Assembly (NCBI GenBank): GCA_024704765.1
Contig: JAKMXF010000360.1
Coordinates: forward strand, 80,395-144,394
Origin: Oopsacas minuta
Lineage: Eukaryota > Animalia > Porifera
DNA length: 64,000 bases
Direction: 5' to 3'
Positions 26,782 through 40,187 of the stretch are shown in pieces (position 1 is the first letter of the stretch; the number at the start of each line of letters is the position of its first letter). The position numbers and the translations under genes are program-made. The notes beneath the pieces were generated by a model that saw nothing but the letters and a program-made list of their open reading frames with translations, searched no databases and was not told where the DNA came from.

Positions 26782-27777
26782 TTGCTCTACCATTCAATAA
26801 CTATTAACATTTATAGCCAATATGAATTCTGTATGGAATTCCTGATAGTATCAAAAGCTGCGATAAGAGATGTCCCTAAGTTTGGTCCTCCTCGTCCCTA
26901 TGTATCCAGCACTAACAGGACCAGACAGAAGTGGCAGACCTGTAAACCAAAAATTTCTATAAGTCTAGACTCACTAAATGTGTCAGAGAAGTGTGAAAAA
27001 GTTAAACCGAAGAAAATACGAAAATCTAAGAAATCACATTCTATTTCTCTTATTAATCATATCGAGAATTCTCCACAAAAGGTGTCAAAATATACTAATA
27101 ATAGACACATAAGGACATGCCCGAGTAACCCTGTATTAACCAGATATACAGATAATATATTCACACCTAAGTTAAATGTTAAACCACCAGCTGAGCCAAA
27201 AGAATTCTCTCCTGATAGAATAATTAAGAGAGCTATTTCTAATATAATGTGTCGCTCTGCCACTCAGCCACTTCACACCCCGGTCACTTCTAATTCCATA
27301 CAGGAGCTGAGGAATTGTGTCACACATAAACTACCTACAAATAGTGCCACTAAATCAATTAAATTTCCTAAACCAGGACACTTTTTGAGCCACCAAGCCA
27401 TACCCCCTCAATCCTCCCGTAAGAAGAGGATATACTTGTCTGACCCTCAGAACCCAGGGGTAGTAGGCTCTACAGCTGGTCGGATACCTCCCCTAAACTC
27501 TCCTATAGATGTGTCACATTCCTTTGAGATAGTACCGTCGTTAGGTGACGCTAAGAGTCAGGTATCGTTACAGAAGGAATTGAGGAATTTAGAAGCTAAG
27601 CGCATAGCTATTTCATTGGCTAATACAGAAAAGGCGCGCGTTATGAATGACAAGAGAACTGAAGGAGAGAAATTACGCGCCAGAATACAATTCCGCGCCG
27701 AAATTTACGCGCTAAATAAAGAAATGCGATTATTGGAGGAAAATAAATTCAAAGAAGCGCTATCTGCCAAGGTGTAG
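26782..27777 (+). CDS. Basic, largely disordered protein with a C-terminal SVBP-like helix; true start uncertain
   Basis: A 331-codon ORF. Its C-terminal RAEIYALNKEMRLLEENKF resembles SVBP RAEIYALNRVMTELEQQQF. Confidence 0.65.
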   Translation: MLYHSITINIYSQYEFCMEFLIVSKAAIRDVPKFGPPRPYVSSTNRTRQKWQTCKPKISISLDSLNVSEKCEKVKPKKIRKSKKSHSISLINHIENSPQKVSKYTNNRHIRTCPSNPVLTRYTDNIFTPKLNVKPPAEPKEFSPDRIIKRAISNIMCRSATQPLHTPVTSNSIQELRNCVTHKLPTNSATKSIKFPKPGHFLSHQAIPPQSSRKKRIYLSDPQNPGVVGSTAGRIPPLNSPIDVSHSFEIVPSLGDAKSQVSLQKELRNLEAKRIAISLANTEKARVMNDKRTEGEKLRARIQFRAEIYALNKEMRLLEENKFKEALSAKV

Positions 27778-27942
27778 CCTAGTTGCCAGTTTGGTTTAAT
27801 GGTATTTATTGTTGTACATACTATCATACAGACTTTACACCTGTCAAGACGAAATGTATTTATTGATTTAGCCTTTTATATACACATCGTATATGTATAT
27901 GTTAACACCTTTACTACCCCCATCTTATTCTATTTTTAGAAT

Positions 27943-29102
27943 ATGTTAGCTCCTATAATAATAGGTTCTATTGCGGTTTGTGGATTCCTACTTTTGAATT
28001 CTGTCCACCAGATTGAAGAGGGACATGTGGGGGTCTATTTCAGAGGAGGAGCCTTACTCTCCGCCATATCAGAGCCCGGATATAATATAAAACTACCATT
28101 CATCACCATGTACAGGTCTGTACAGACTACTTTACAAACTGATGAGGTTAAGAATGTCCCGTGTGGTACCAGCGGAGGTGTTATGATATATTTTGACAGA
28201 GTAGAGGTTGTTAATATCCTGGATTATGATGCTGTGTATACAATAGTAAAGAAATACACAGCTGATTACGATAGGACACTTATATTCAATAAGGTAAATA
28301 TTCATATGATTAATTCACACCTTTCATGATATAATATGTTACTATTTATAGGTACACCATGAGCTGAACCAATTCTGCTCCTCTCACACCCTGCAAGAGG
28401 TGTATATAGACTATTTTGATCAGATAGATGAGAATTTAAGAACAGCTTTACAGAAGGAATTGACTCAGATGGCTCCAGGTCTCCTAGTGCAAGCTGTGAG
28501 GGTTACTAAACCTAAAATACCAGAGACTATAAGACAGAATTATGAGTCTATGGAGGGAGAGAAGACTAAGCTGCTTATATCTACACAGAAACAGAAGGTA
28601 GGTGTTATAATATGGAACTATTAGATTGATACGCTTAGAGACCGTGATACTTCCTATAACTGATGTAATATTTGTTACTTTGGCGGTTGACTAATCCATG
28701 GTTCCATTAATGCTATAGGTAATAGAGAAAGAAGCAGAGACCGAGAGGAAGAGAGCTATAATAGAAGCAGAGAAGCAAGCACAAGTTGCTAGGATACAGT
28801 TAGAACAGAAAATATTAGAAAAGGACAGCTTAAGGAAAATGTCTGAGATAGAAGACATGACTCATGTTGCTAAAGAAAAGGCTATAGCTGATGCTAAGTA
28901 CTACTCAGCTGAGAGAGAAGCTGTAGCTAATAAAATGACACTAACACCTCAGTATTTGGAACTATCTAGATACAAATCTCTTACACAGAATGCTAAGTTA
29001 TATTTTGGTTCCAGTTTACCACAGTTTTTAACTCAGCTGACTGGTGATGATATTGGAACTATCAAGGGATTTGGTTCCGATTCAGAGAAGAATGAGAATT
29101 GA
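27943..29102 (+). CDS. ERLIN: Erlin (SPFH domain)
   Basis: [50 protein letters not shown] and [13 protein letters not shown]. Confidence 0.97.
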
Positions 29103-29275
29103 TTTGTTACTAGTTCTATGCTATTGCTTGTTTCTATTATTAGAATATTCGTAGACAGTTTTTATGAATTCCATAGATATGTCATGGTAACTATGATAAT
29201 CCACTTGCATTATAGTAGTCTGTATATGTATATTTTCACACCTTTTGATATTAACATATTTAGTTTGTAGCTTAT

Positions 29276-30895
29276 ATGGCAGACTTGTTAGTTCCTAATG
29301 ACACCAGACAGACACATCTAGAGGTGTTAATAAGTGGATCTACTCTCAGTTTTCTTACATTTAAGCTCAAAAACTGTCAGGGAGATACTGAAGGATTTCT
29401 ATATGGACATGTTAATACAAGGTTAGTTATTATAGTGTAACATATGTCCTCTCTGAATTCTTAGAAACAGCTGACTAACAAATAAACTGTAATAATATAT
29501 TCCTATAGAGTAACACAAGAGGTGTCAGATACTCAAGAAGAATATGAATCTATACAGAAAACAATAACAATAACAGACTTTATTTGTTTTAAGAATAAGT
29601 TTACCTTCTATGATAAATGTGGCAGACTTGACACCTCTAAATGTGCCCGTGTAGAGTGTCTGACAAGTGGCACGGTGGCACACTCCAGGACAGTAGGATG
29701 GTTCTCATTCCGTAGAAATACTACTAGTGGTATGTCTATAAGAGAGAAGTTCATTCATCAAGATTTGAAGAATTTGTTTACTCCTGCTATTGACACCTTC
29801 CTGCATTTGTTGTTAATTGAAACTCTATCTAATCAGCTGGTGTTAGAGCAGTTATCTCTATCTGTAAGTAAACAAACAAACAAACAAACCTCGAATTAAT
29901 TACTTCATCAACAGGTAAACACCTATGACCCGTGTTTCACTGGTAAACACATCCTTACTCCTCATTCTCTGAAGATAATTAATCTTAATGCTACTAACAG
30001 TAAGAATAGCTACAAATACCCTATAGACATAGCTGGCATATCACTAGCTCATTCTATCTCCCTCGACACCATTATAACACCGTATTCTGAGCAGATAGGA
30101 ACCAAACCTCCTTTCTTACAGTCCTCACAGATGATTACACAGGTTATACATATTATACTATCTATGTTATATGATTAATCATATTTTAACACCTTAGATA
30201 TCTACAAAAACTCTTGACAGGATGTCACAATTGAGAGGACAGATAATCTCTAACGCGGGACACATCGATCAGCTGAAGAGTGAGATTAGAGAGATGTCAC
30301 GTGACACTAGCTACCCAGTTGATTTGACACCTTCAGCTCCCCCCTCCTCTATACTCATAAACATAAACAAGAAGACAGCTGTATGTGTAACTAGTAAATA
30401 ACAACAAATAAACATATGAACCTAATCTATTATTATAGGATATTAGCCTACCTCAGAAATCAGCTGCTGATTATAATACATATTCTAATCAAGATAAGAT
30501 TATTAATCAGGATCCTAATCTGGCACATACTGGAAGCACAAGGTAAGTCTACTCAATATTGATACCTAGCTTTATATGCATATTTTCACACCTTTTCTTA
30601 TAGGATATTTCCACCACTCGAAGTTAACCCTTCAACACTCCCAGAACAACCACCCCCGTATAATCACCACCTGTCACAGGGTTACACGGGAACACTAGAG
30701 ATCCCATCACAGCCTCATGCACCTATGGATACTACTAGTCATGTAGCACTAGCCATATTCACAAATAATAACAATAACAATAATAACAATAACTTCATAC
30801 AAACAAAATTATCAGCTGATAACAGTAAGGTTATAGGATTCTATCATAGCAACATTAAAGTTAAGAAAGAATGTGAGGATGAGAGTTCAGCTTAA
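29276..30895 (+). CDS. ABRAXAS: Abraxas-family MPN- scaffold (BRCA1-A/BRISC)
   Basis: VLISGSTLSFL...DTEGFLYGHV and VGWFSFRRNT..MSIREKFIH match the Abraxas MPN- domain. The C-terminal exon frame is less certain. Confidence 0.8.
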
Positions 30896-31046
30896 TTATA
30901 CTATCGAGGTGTTAACTGATTTGCTATAAATAGAAGTGTTTTAATTTAACGAATTTTATCTGATTACTATAACAACAATATATATATATGTATATGTATA
31001 CAAACAGACAAACAAATAGTTGTTTACTAATAGCTAAGATAAACAA

Positions 31047-32653
31047 ATGGCACAGAGAGATGACACCTCTCCGACCAGAGAAGATGAGCATTGGAAGGAT
31101 CAGCTGATTAAACCCCCAAGAGATGAAAGGATCAGGACTAGTGACGTCACTACTACGAGTGGAATAGAATTTGAGGACTATTCTCTTAAGAGAGAGCTGC
31201 TGATGGGAATATTTGAGTTAGGGTTTGAGAGACCGTCTCCTGTACAGGAGGAGAGCATTCCACAGGTATTATTTGGTAACTAGGGAAGAACAGTGTAACA
31301 TTCTTGGGAGTAGCAATATATATTCTTAGAACCGGTTTCCAAAGGATGGTGCTTATATCCGGCATGTACTGTTCTTAAAACTTTATATTATTATTGTGTT
31401 ACTATTCTAACACCTCTAGGTACTGTCTGGTAAGGACATACTAGCCCGGGCTAAGAACGGGACAGGAAAGACAGCTGCTTACCTGATCCCCATCCTCCAG
31501 AAACTGGACCCCTATCTCCATGATATACAGTCTCTAATAATAGTACCTACAAGAGAGCTAGCTCTACAGACATCTAATATAGCTAAGGAGCTGAGTAAGC
31601 ATATGGGAGTTAGAGTAATGGTAGCTACAGGAGGTACTATACTAAGAGAGGATATACTCAGATTACAGGATATAGTACATCTGTTAATTGGTACATATTA
31701 TATAACTGTTACCAATCCATTCACGCTTGGACCCCAAGGACTCCTTGGAGCTAAGGTTGCACTTAAATTAACCAATAGAATATCATCTTTAGGTACACCT
31801 GGTAGACTCCTAGACCTTATCCGTAAGAAGGTAGCTAGCATGGTAGGCTGTGACGTCATGGTACTAGACGAGGCAGATAAACTACTATCCATGGATGTTA
31901 ATGAGAGTCTCCCTCAGATTCTGAGACATCTACCGGATGAGAGACAGGTGTTACTATACTCTGCTACATTTCCTGTTAGTGTTAAGTCATTCTGTGGCAG
32001 ACATCTGAATGATCCTTATGAGATAAATTTGATGGAAGATCTGACACTTAAGGGTGTGACTCAGTATTATGCTTATGTAGAGGAGAGACAGAAGGTGGTT
32101 GTTTGTTTATTTGTTTGTTTACTTTTTTATTTGTTTACTTGCTTATGTGTAGGTGCACTGTCTCAACACCCTATTCCTCCGTCTACAGATACAACAGAGT
32201 GTAATATTCTGCTCTACTCGTTCCAGAGTAGAACTACTCGCTCGTAAGATTACAGATATAGGATATTCCTGTTTCTACATTCACTCCCAAATGCTGCAGA
32301 GCTACAGGAATAGAGTATTTCATGACTTCAGGAAGGGTAACTGTAGGAACCTGGTCTGTACTGATCTATTCACGCGGGGAATAGACATACCAACTGTTAA
32401 TGTTGTTATTAACTTTGATTTCCCTAGCAATGCAGAGACCTATCTCCATCGGATAGGACGTACGGGGAGGTTCGGTCACATGGGAATAGCTATTAACTTC
32501 GTTACTGAGAAAGATATCCCCCTTCTCTTCAGAATAGAACAGGAACTTAACACAACGGTAACTGCTATACCCCCGGAGGTAGAGAAACGTCTCTATGTAC
32601 CAGAATTCCAACTTCTCATCGAGGGGGACAACCCTAACACCAACACGAAATAA
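31047..32653 (+). CDS. DDX6: DEAD-box helicase DDX6/Dhh1/Me31B
   Basis: [33 protein letters not shown] and [12 protein letters not shown]. Confidence 0.98.
31291..31371. mobile_element. MITE family B, internally deleted copy in a DDX6 intron
   Basis: TTGGGAGTAGCAATA...GGATGGTGCTTATAT is shared with the 15985 copy. Confidence 0.65.
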
Positions 32654-33051
32654 CTCTTGCTGTTTCAACATTTCTCACTTAGCTTCACTACGGGATAGTG
32701 ACAATGGTATGGTGTGAATATTTTTAGACAGGGCTGGTCCCTAACAACCCTCACTACACAATGGAACGCTTATTGTGTCCGTATACTTAGTATTGAATAT
32801 TCTCTAGCTATTGCAATTGTTATAACTTAACAAACAAACAATAATAAATTTATATTTTCTAAATTTGCTATTTCTTCTGAGATCTATTTATAGCCGGGGC
32901 AGACGGATTCCTAATTGGTTGCTATGGATACCGTATGAATGTTACTATTGCATATAATTAGCAGAACACATCATATCACTGAACAGTGTAGAAAATAGTG
33001 TATTGTCTATGAGATTAAAATATTACAATACATCATGTCTTAAAATATATA

Positions 33052-36000
33052 TTAGTTAGTGGGATCCAGAGAGGAGTCGATTGGTACCCCTGGTACTTCC
33101 TGTTTAAGGTTCTCCTCCAGGTCCTGGAGACGTTTTATCAGGTCCTCCATGTGCTGGGTCTGATTGGTCATCTTTTGGGTCATCATCTCCCGCCATTGCT
33201 GTCTCTGGCCCTGTCCTAGACATTTGATTGGTTAAGATATTGAATAGATGTATACAGGTGTTTATACATAATTCAAATAATTACTGATATATAACTAATG
33301 GAATAGGTGTTACTTTGATGGTTTGTGACCATATTTGTATAATTTAATACTTTAAGCGGGTAATTAATATATCCGTGTTAGATATTACAGGAGTTTATTG
33401 TATTAGTAATTCTATGATAGATTTAATTCAATTAAAATTGAGTTAGGAAGCATTGAGGAATGTTAGTTATATAAGGTGTGAAAATGATTATATACCCTGA
33501 ACTGAGTTGTCTTGTGTATCACCAGGAGATTGATCATCATCTGAATCATCAGCTGTAAACAAACAATAACAACAACAATAATTAAATAAATAAATAAACA
33601 ACTCACCAGTACTATACTCCCCTTCACATATAATTAGCGTCATGTTAGTGTTACACTTAGAAAGAATAGTAACAGCTTCTTTATACTGTAAGCCTATTAA
33701 GGATTTACCATTAACCTCGAGGATACGTTGTCCAGACTTGAGATGTCCTGGAGCTGAAGCTGGACTATTCTCCTGTATCTAAATAGGTGTGAAAATGTGT
33801 ATAACACAGCTGATTTCTAAGAAAGGTGATAATATTCTATAACTTACAGATGATATGTATATTCCCTTGCTAGGTTGATTCTCCATATTCTCTAGATCTG
33901 TATCAGCTGTTGAGGTAGAAGGTATAGCTACGTCATCTCTTATAACTAATCCATAACTCTCTGATTCTTTTTTGACAAGTGAAACTTCCTATTAAGATTA
34001 TTAATTATACATTTTGTATTGAAAATAATCCTGCATAGTATTAAGCTAGCTTTATTGTATTATATAACCATGGATATGCTGTTAATATCTTACCTGTAAT
34101 CCTGGAGGGGGAGGTACATGTCTAACAATTATCTTTATTTCATTTCCTGATTTAGTGAAGCATTCCACAGCTGTTATATGAGCAGCTTTACGTAGATTCT
34201 GATTATTTACCTATATGTGATAGTTCCAGATAATAATTCCAGTTACACATACAATTATATCATATTTCAAACCTCTAGAATCCTATCTCCTACTTTAAGT
34301 AGTTTGGTCTTATCAGCTGATCCACCTGGTACAATCTATAATAGTAACACATTAGTATAGTATAGAATATATTCATATGATTCATTTGTCACCTTAGAGA
34401 TGTATATACCAGGTCTTCCCTTCCCGAAGGGTCCACTAGATATTGTTCCTCCTCCCACTATGCTCATTCCAAGCTTCCCACTTTTCACTAGTAATGTCTC
34501 CTATAAACATTCCATTATACACAATCCGTTGCTAGGTAAATAGGTGTGAATTAATCATATACCTCTACAGGGTAGTCACTGTCTGAGTCGTGATCAGAGG
34601 ATGATAGCTCTGTAGAGGATGCGGGTGATACAGGTTCATCAACTGATACCTTCCTGACCTCTTGATCCTCTGGGGTCATTCTGTGTATACGGAGACGGAC
34701 TGATCCCTTGGTATTCATTAGGAGAGCAGCTACCTCTCGTTTACACAAGTTCTCAAGAGATTGTTTGTTTACCTGTTTAGAAACAAACAATATAATATCA
34801 TATAGTGTAACCTCAACCAACTGGCCTCTGGAAACGGAGTGAAATAAATAGAATTCTTAGTCCCATAAAAATAAAACCTCACAAAGAGACAGGGTAGCAT
34901 TGCTAACACCCCGTATTAATATAAATAGAATAGTGCATACCTCTAATATCTGGTCTCCCTGTCTGAGTCTACCGTCTCTGAAAGCTGCTGAGCCAGGCAT
35001 TATTGATTTAACGAATATTCCCTCCTAGTAAAATAAACAAACATGTAAACAAACTAGTAAACAATCAGACAAACAAATAATTACCTTAGCATAATCACTA
35101 TCTCCCCAGAAAGTGAATCCTAACTCTTCAAATCCTTCTCTGCCAACAACAATTTCTTCCTAAACAAAACAACAAATAAACACAAATATAACATATAAGC
35201 TGTAGCCTAGTTACCTCTGTGAATTTAGGAATTCTTAGCAGATCAGGTGTAGTAGGTATGTCAGGGGTCTGTTTCAATTCAACTTCCTGTCTCCCTGATT
35301 CTACCTCTGCGTACTTAATCACAGCTATATGGGAATCTATATACATATGTATAACATATCTGTAAAGGTGTGAGAATATGATTAATCTACCTGCTTCATC
35401 AAGAGTACTGGGCTTAGACACTTTCCCTTTCTTGCTTCCCTTCTTACCCCCAAATTTGAATAATTTAAATTTCCTCTTCCTTTTCTCAAAGGTGTCATAT
35501 TCATAATGTGTCTCTTTAACACGTGACTCAAATTTTACTTGTTTCTTCTCCGTAGCAACCTAGTGTGTAGTATGGAATGTTATACGTAGTTCTAATATTA
35601 ATTATTAATTATTACTTACTACTGCTCGCATAGCAGAGTCTTTAATCTTCCCTCTATCCTTGTAACGAGGTGTCTTCTGTCTCTCAATCTAATAAACAAT
35701 AATAAACAACAAACTAGTAAACTAGTAAACAACAACACACAGGTACTCCGACAGATGTTAGTCCGGGCTGGAATGTTACTTCTGGTTCCCCTTTGGACTC
35801 AGTAGAGTCCTCCATGTGATCAAATATATCCCCTGTAGGTAATCCCAGGTGAGATATGTCTATAAATATAAGGTGTTAGAATATGTATATTTATTTGTTT
35901 ATTTGTTTGCTGTTTACCTAAGTTTTGTGGTAGGAAGTGGTGTGTACAAGTGGGACCTTGGTTAGCACCTTGATTAGGCTCTATGTCTAGCTTCATGACT

Positions 36001-37904
36001 GGTAAAATCTACAAATAATAATAATAACAAACCTGTGTATATTATTTGTGTATATATATATATACCTGTGATTCTCCTATCCAAAGAGCTGATAGATCTA
36101 ACTCTGTCATACTAGCTGGTAAACACTTCAATCTGTAAACAATAATAATAATAACAATAACAGATACCGGTTATAGAGTACTCCTAGTGCTGTTCTTAAT
36201 ACTTACTTATTGTTTCTGAGGTCTAACACTTTAAGTTCCGTCAGCAACCGAACAGATTCAGGAATGTCAACCAATTCATTATTCCTTAATGATAGAATAC
36301 GGAGTGATGGATTCTTCCCGAACTGTAAACAAATAAACAAGTAAACAACAAGTAAATAGAGGTGTTAGAATATGAATATACTCACAGAGGAAGGAATATG
36401 AGTGATTCTATTCTGATCCAAATACAATACCTCTAGATTTGGTAGTTCATATAAAGCAGCTGGTGTAGACTATATGTGTATATATAATAAAGGTGTAAGA
36501 ATATGAATATTTAGTATAACTAACCTCTAAAGCATTCTCACTAAGTACGAACTCTCTAAGCTCTACAAGACTATATAAGGAGAGGTGTTATAATATGTAT
36601 ATACAGCTATATTAATATAATATGCTTACTGTTCTATCGTATCAGGAAGAGAGTGCAGTCTGTTTATATCTACTTTGAGGAGTGTTAGTTTCTTCAAATG
36701 TCCTGTAAACAAATAGGTAAACAGGTAAGCAAGTAACAAACAAACAAACAAACAAACAAACAACTAACTTACCAATTCCTAGAGGTAACCATTGTATACA
36801 GTTCTCAGTTAGATGCAGGTCTGCCAGATTCTGTAACAGATTAATATTATCCGGCAGAGCATCCAATCTATTTTTAGACACATCTAAACATTCTAATCTT
36901 GATAGGTGTGATATTTCTTGTGGCATTTCCGGTAGATTATTAGAGTCTAACCATAATTCTTGTAGCAGAGATAATTGTCCTATTTCTGGGGGCTATGGGA
37001 TATGATTAAATAGACAAATAGTAGAGTATATTAATGTTACATACCAAATAGTCAATCTCGTTACCACCCAAGTCAAATTGTGCTAGTTTAGATAAACATC
37101 CAATCGATCTAAAGCAAACAAGCATAAACAAACAAATAAATAAATAATAAACAAATAACTCACGCGGGTAATTCTGTTAGATTATTGTCTCTACATTCTA
37201 ACACTTGTAAATTAACTAAACTGTAAACAAATATATAAATAACAATAATAAACAATATTTGTAAACAAAATACCTTCCTATCTCATTAGGCATTCTCTCT
37301 AGGTTTGTGTCGTTAAGACAACATTTAGTTAAGCTCTTAACTCTAGCTACACAGTCAGGTGTTCTGAAGTATACAAACAAACAATAATCAAATATTCACA
37401 CCTCTGAGTATATATACATATTGTTGTTGTTTACCTGACTAACGGATTAAAAGATACATCTAAGATTCTGAGACTATTACAGTGCTGTATGTTATCTGGG
37501 AGATCTATCAAACCTATGAATAATTACATATAATATCATAGCAACGGATGTGTGAGGTAGGAATGTACCATTTTTACTAATGTCTAGCTCTACTAATCTA
37601 TCCATGTTAGCTATTTGCGGAGGAATCTTAATGAGGTCATTCTCACTTAGAGTTAACACTCTCAAGTTAATCAGCTGTTGGAAGAGTAACTAAAGGAATA
37701 AACAAGTAAACAAACAAATAAACAAATAAACAAATAAACACTAACAGGAGGTAGATCCTTAATCTGGTTATAATCAAGATATAACTCATGCAGAGATCTC
37801 CTCTGTCTGTATATATAGTCAGGCACAAAGATCAGCTGTTTTCCTCTGAGATCCACCTGATCAGCCACAGGAGCACAGCCCGCACACGCCTTGAATACCG
37901 ACAT
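33052..37904 (-). CDS. SCRIB: LAP-family (Scribble-like) protein: LRRs plus three PDZ domains
   Basis: N-terminus MSVFKACAGC...RRSLHELYLDYNQIKDLP and many LRR exons. PDZ domains: EELGFTFWG...GRLRQGDQILE; GKLGMSIVGG...LKVGDRILE; ESYGLVIR...LKSGQRILE. Confidence 0.85.
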
Positions 37905-38719
37905 ATTAATGCTATTTATAGAATGCTGAGTAAATAACAACAATAAGGAATAACTGTATATATACTAATATGTATATTTTCACACCTTGTAGATCAATTG
38001 AAAGTATTGGATTGATCTTAAAGCTGAGACATAATTTCTGTTAGAAAATAATTAATTAAGCTACTTTATAGGAATATTAAGGATTCTAGCCTCGAGAACA
38101 GCCAATCATTTGTCAGGATTCTAGGCGCCAGACTTATCAAATAACAGCTGATATATGTTGCTAAGGAGTCATTTATGGAATGTGAATATTTCTAACAATC
38201 GAACATTTTCCGTAAATGTATTAACTATTGATTTAGTAAGCAAGAATATTCCACATATAATATAAATATTTAAGCGCTATCTAATCTATAAATAGAATAA
38301 GCTATATCCTGGTATGAATATATTTATGACACCTCCAGAATCAATAACAATAACAACAAAGTGCATAAATAAAATCAAACAAATATCTATATTATATAAG
38401 CAAGCATAGAGCCTATAGCTAATGTGTAGGAAGGCTAATATATTCAATAACTCGGTTTCATTAAGGAGTTATGTCTGTCTTAGTGAAGATATTGAAATAT
38501 GATTAAGGTGTTATAATTAATCATATGACAGGGATTGCTCAGCAGACCTGAATAGACAATAATTTTGCATACAACTAGTGATTAATCATATGAATAATCC
38601 TGACACCTTATATGGCTTTAAAATATATTTATTCAATAAAAATGCAAAACAAAATATTTACAAATAAATAAAAGCAGTGGTGTATGAAAGAAAGCTGACT
38701 GGCCGTGTTAAACACATTT

Positions 38720-40072
38720 TCACACCTTTTTAATAAATTTAGGTAGAATCGGTTTTGGTTTTAGTATTTTTGGCTTTGCTGGGATTTCAGAAATTTTCTT
38801 TTTTAGTTCCATCATTTCACACCTTATATGATCAGCTGTTTTCCTCTCTTCTTCCAAAAGTGTTGTATTAGTTTCTAAATCTTTTGTTACCTTTTCTAGG
38901 AGAGCTTTTAAGCGGACACATTCCTGTCTCCCACTTTTAACCTCTTTTTCCAGTTTCTGTCTGACCACTATTTCCCCGCCTAACACCTGTGAATTTTCTA
39001 TTTTTGAATCAATCAGCTGTTTGTTCAAATTAAATATTTCTAATTTTAGATTTGAGTATTCATCAGATTGTGTTGTCATCTCTGTGCCACTTTTCACGCC
39101 TATAGCGGGTTCCTCAGGAGCTAGAGGGACAATATCCCCCTCGTCAGGTGGTCTGTGAATAACCGCTAGAGGCGATACAATCTTACACTCACTCACTGGA
39201 GAGCTACATTCCTTCTGAGCTTTATCGTTGTTAAGGACAGGACTAGTAAGAGGTCTTTTAGTCAGGTGGTGTTTGTGTGTACGGATGGGTATAGGATCCA
39301 GTTTATCTGATGTTATGGGAGCAGATTGTGTGCCACATTCTGACGCCTGTTTCTTAACAATTTTACGATTCTTACAGGTGTCATAATGACTGGGTATTTC
39401 TTCAGTTATGTCCAGACCCTCTTTGACCTTACGGGGTCTGGGGGCTGCTACAGGTTGTCCGTCAATTGGTGAGCTATTCTTAGACTCAGATAGAGGAGCA
39501 CTGATCTTAGAATCCTGCATTCCTTTGTTGTCATAGTTACGAAGATGTCTGGGCTGGAATAATGGACTTTTGGTGTTTGTAGGTGGAGCAGAGAGAGGTG
39601 TTACTGGCACGGGGAGGTTGGATGGGATCTGGTAGATATCATCCCTCAGACAGTCTCTAGGGATTTTATAGTGATCCTCCTCTATCAGGTGGTCATAGTA
39701 ATCATCACTAACTGATAGCTTTCTGTCTTCGACTTGAATTGCTTCGCTACAGGAAGGTGTGAAATTCATTTCTTGAGATTTACTCTCATAAATGGCACAA
39801 TATGGCTGACATGACACCTCAGTTCGTATCTCTATAAATAGACAAGTTGCAGAGGGAACCACTTGAAATGGCTCAACAGTTACCGCGTCAAAATCATCAC
39901 CTAACAACATTCCTGAATGTGTACCGGTTGCTATGGTATCTGTACATGAGAAATGATTCTTTGATGTCTCCCAGTTTAGAGTAGTGGTAATTTTGTCACC
40001 TGAGAATAACACCTCTCTACATCCAGTGGCTCTATCCTTCCTCCAGAATAAATATACGTTAGTCTCCGTCAT
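38720..40072 (-). CDS. Uncharacterised intronless 450-aa protein with Tyr motifs and a C-terminal coiled coil
   Basis: A long uninterrupted ORF with ATG. It carries YDHL, YKIP and YQIP motifs and heptads near the C-terminus. Confidence 0.75.
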   Translation of the reverse strand: MTETNVYLFWRKDRATGCREVLFSGDKITTTLNWETSKNHFSCTDTIATGTHSGMLLGDDFDAVTVEPFQVVPSATCLFIEIRTEVSCQPYCAIYESKSQEMNFTPSCSEAIQVEDRKLSVSDDYYDHLIEEDHYKIPRDCLRDDIYQIPSNLPVPVTPLSAPPTNTKSPLFQPRHLRNYDNKGMQDSKISAPLSESKNSSPIDGQPVAAPRPRKVKEGLDITEEIPSHYDTCKNRKIVKKQASECGTQSAPITSDKLDPIPIRTHKHHLTKRPLTSPVLNNDKAQKECSSPVSECKIVSPLAVIHRPPDEGDIVPLAPEEPAIGVKSGTEMTTQSDEYSNLKLEIFNLNKQLIDSKIENSQVLGGEIVVRQKLEKEVKSGRQECVRLKALLEKVTKDLETNTTLLEEERKTADHIRCEMMELKKKISEIPAKPKILKPKPILPKFIKKV

Positions 40073-40187
40073 CTCTAGAGGTGTGAAGTGGCAGGGAAGT
40101 GGCAGGATAGGATTCTAATAGATATAAGTATAATTGTTATAAATATATCAAACAAAAAGATATGAATATATATATATATTTACAAAT

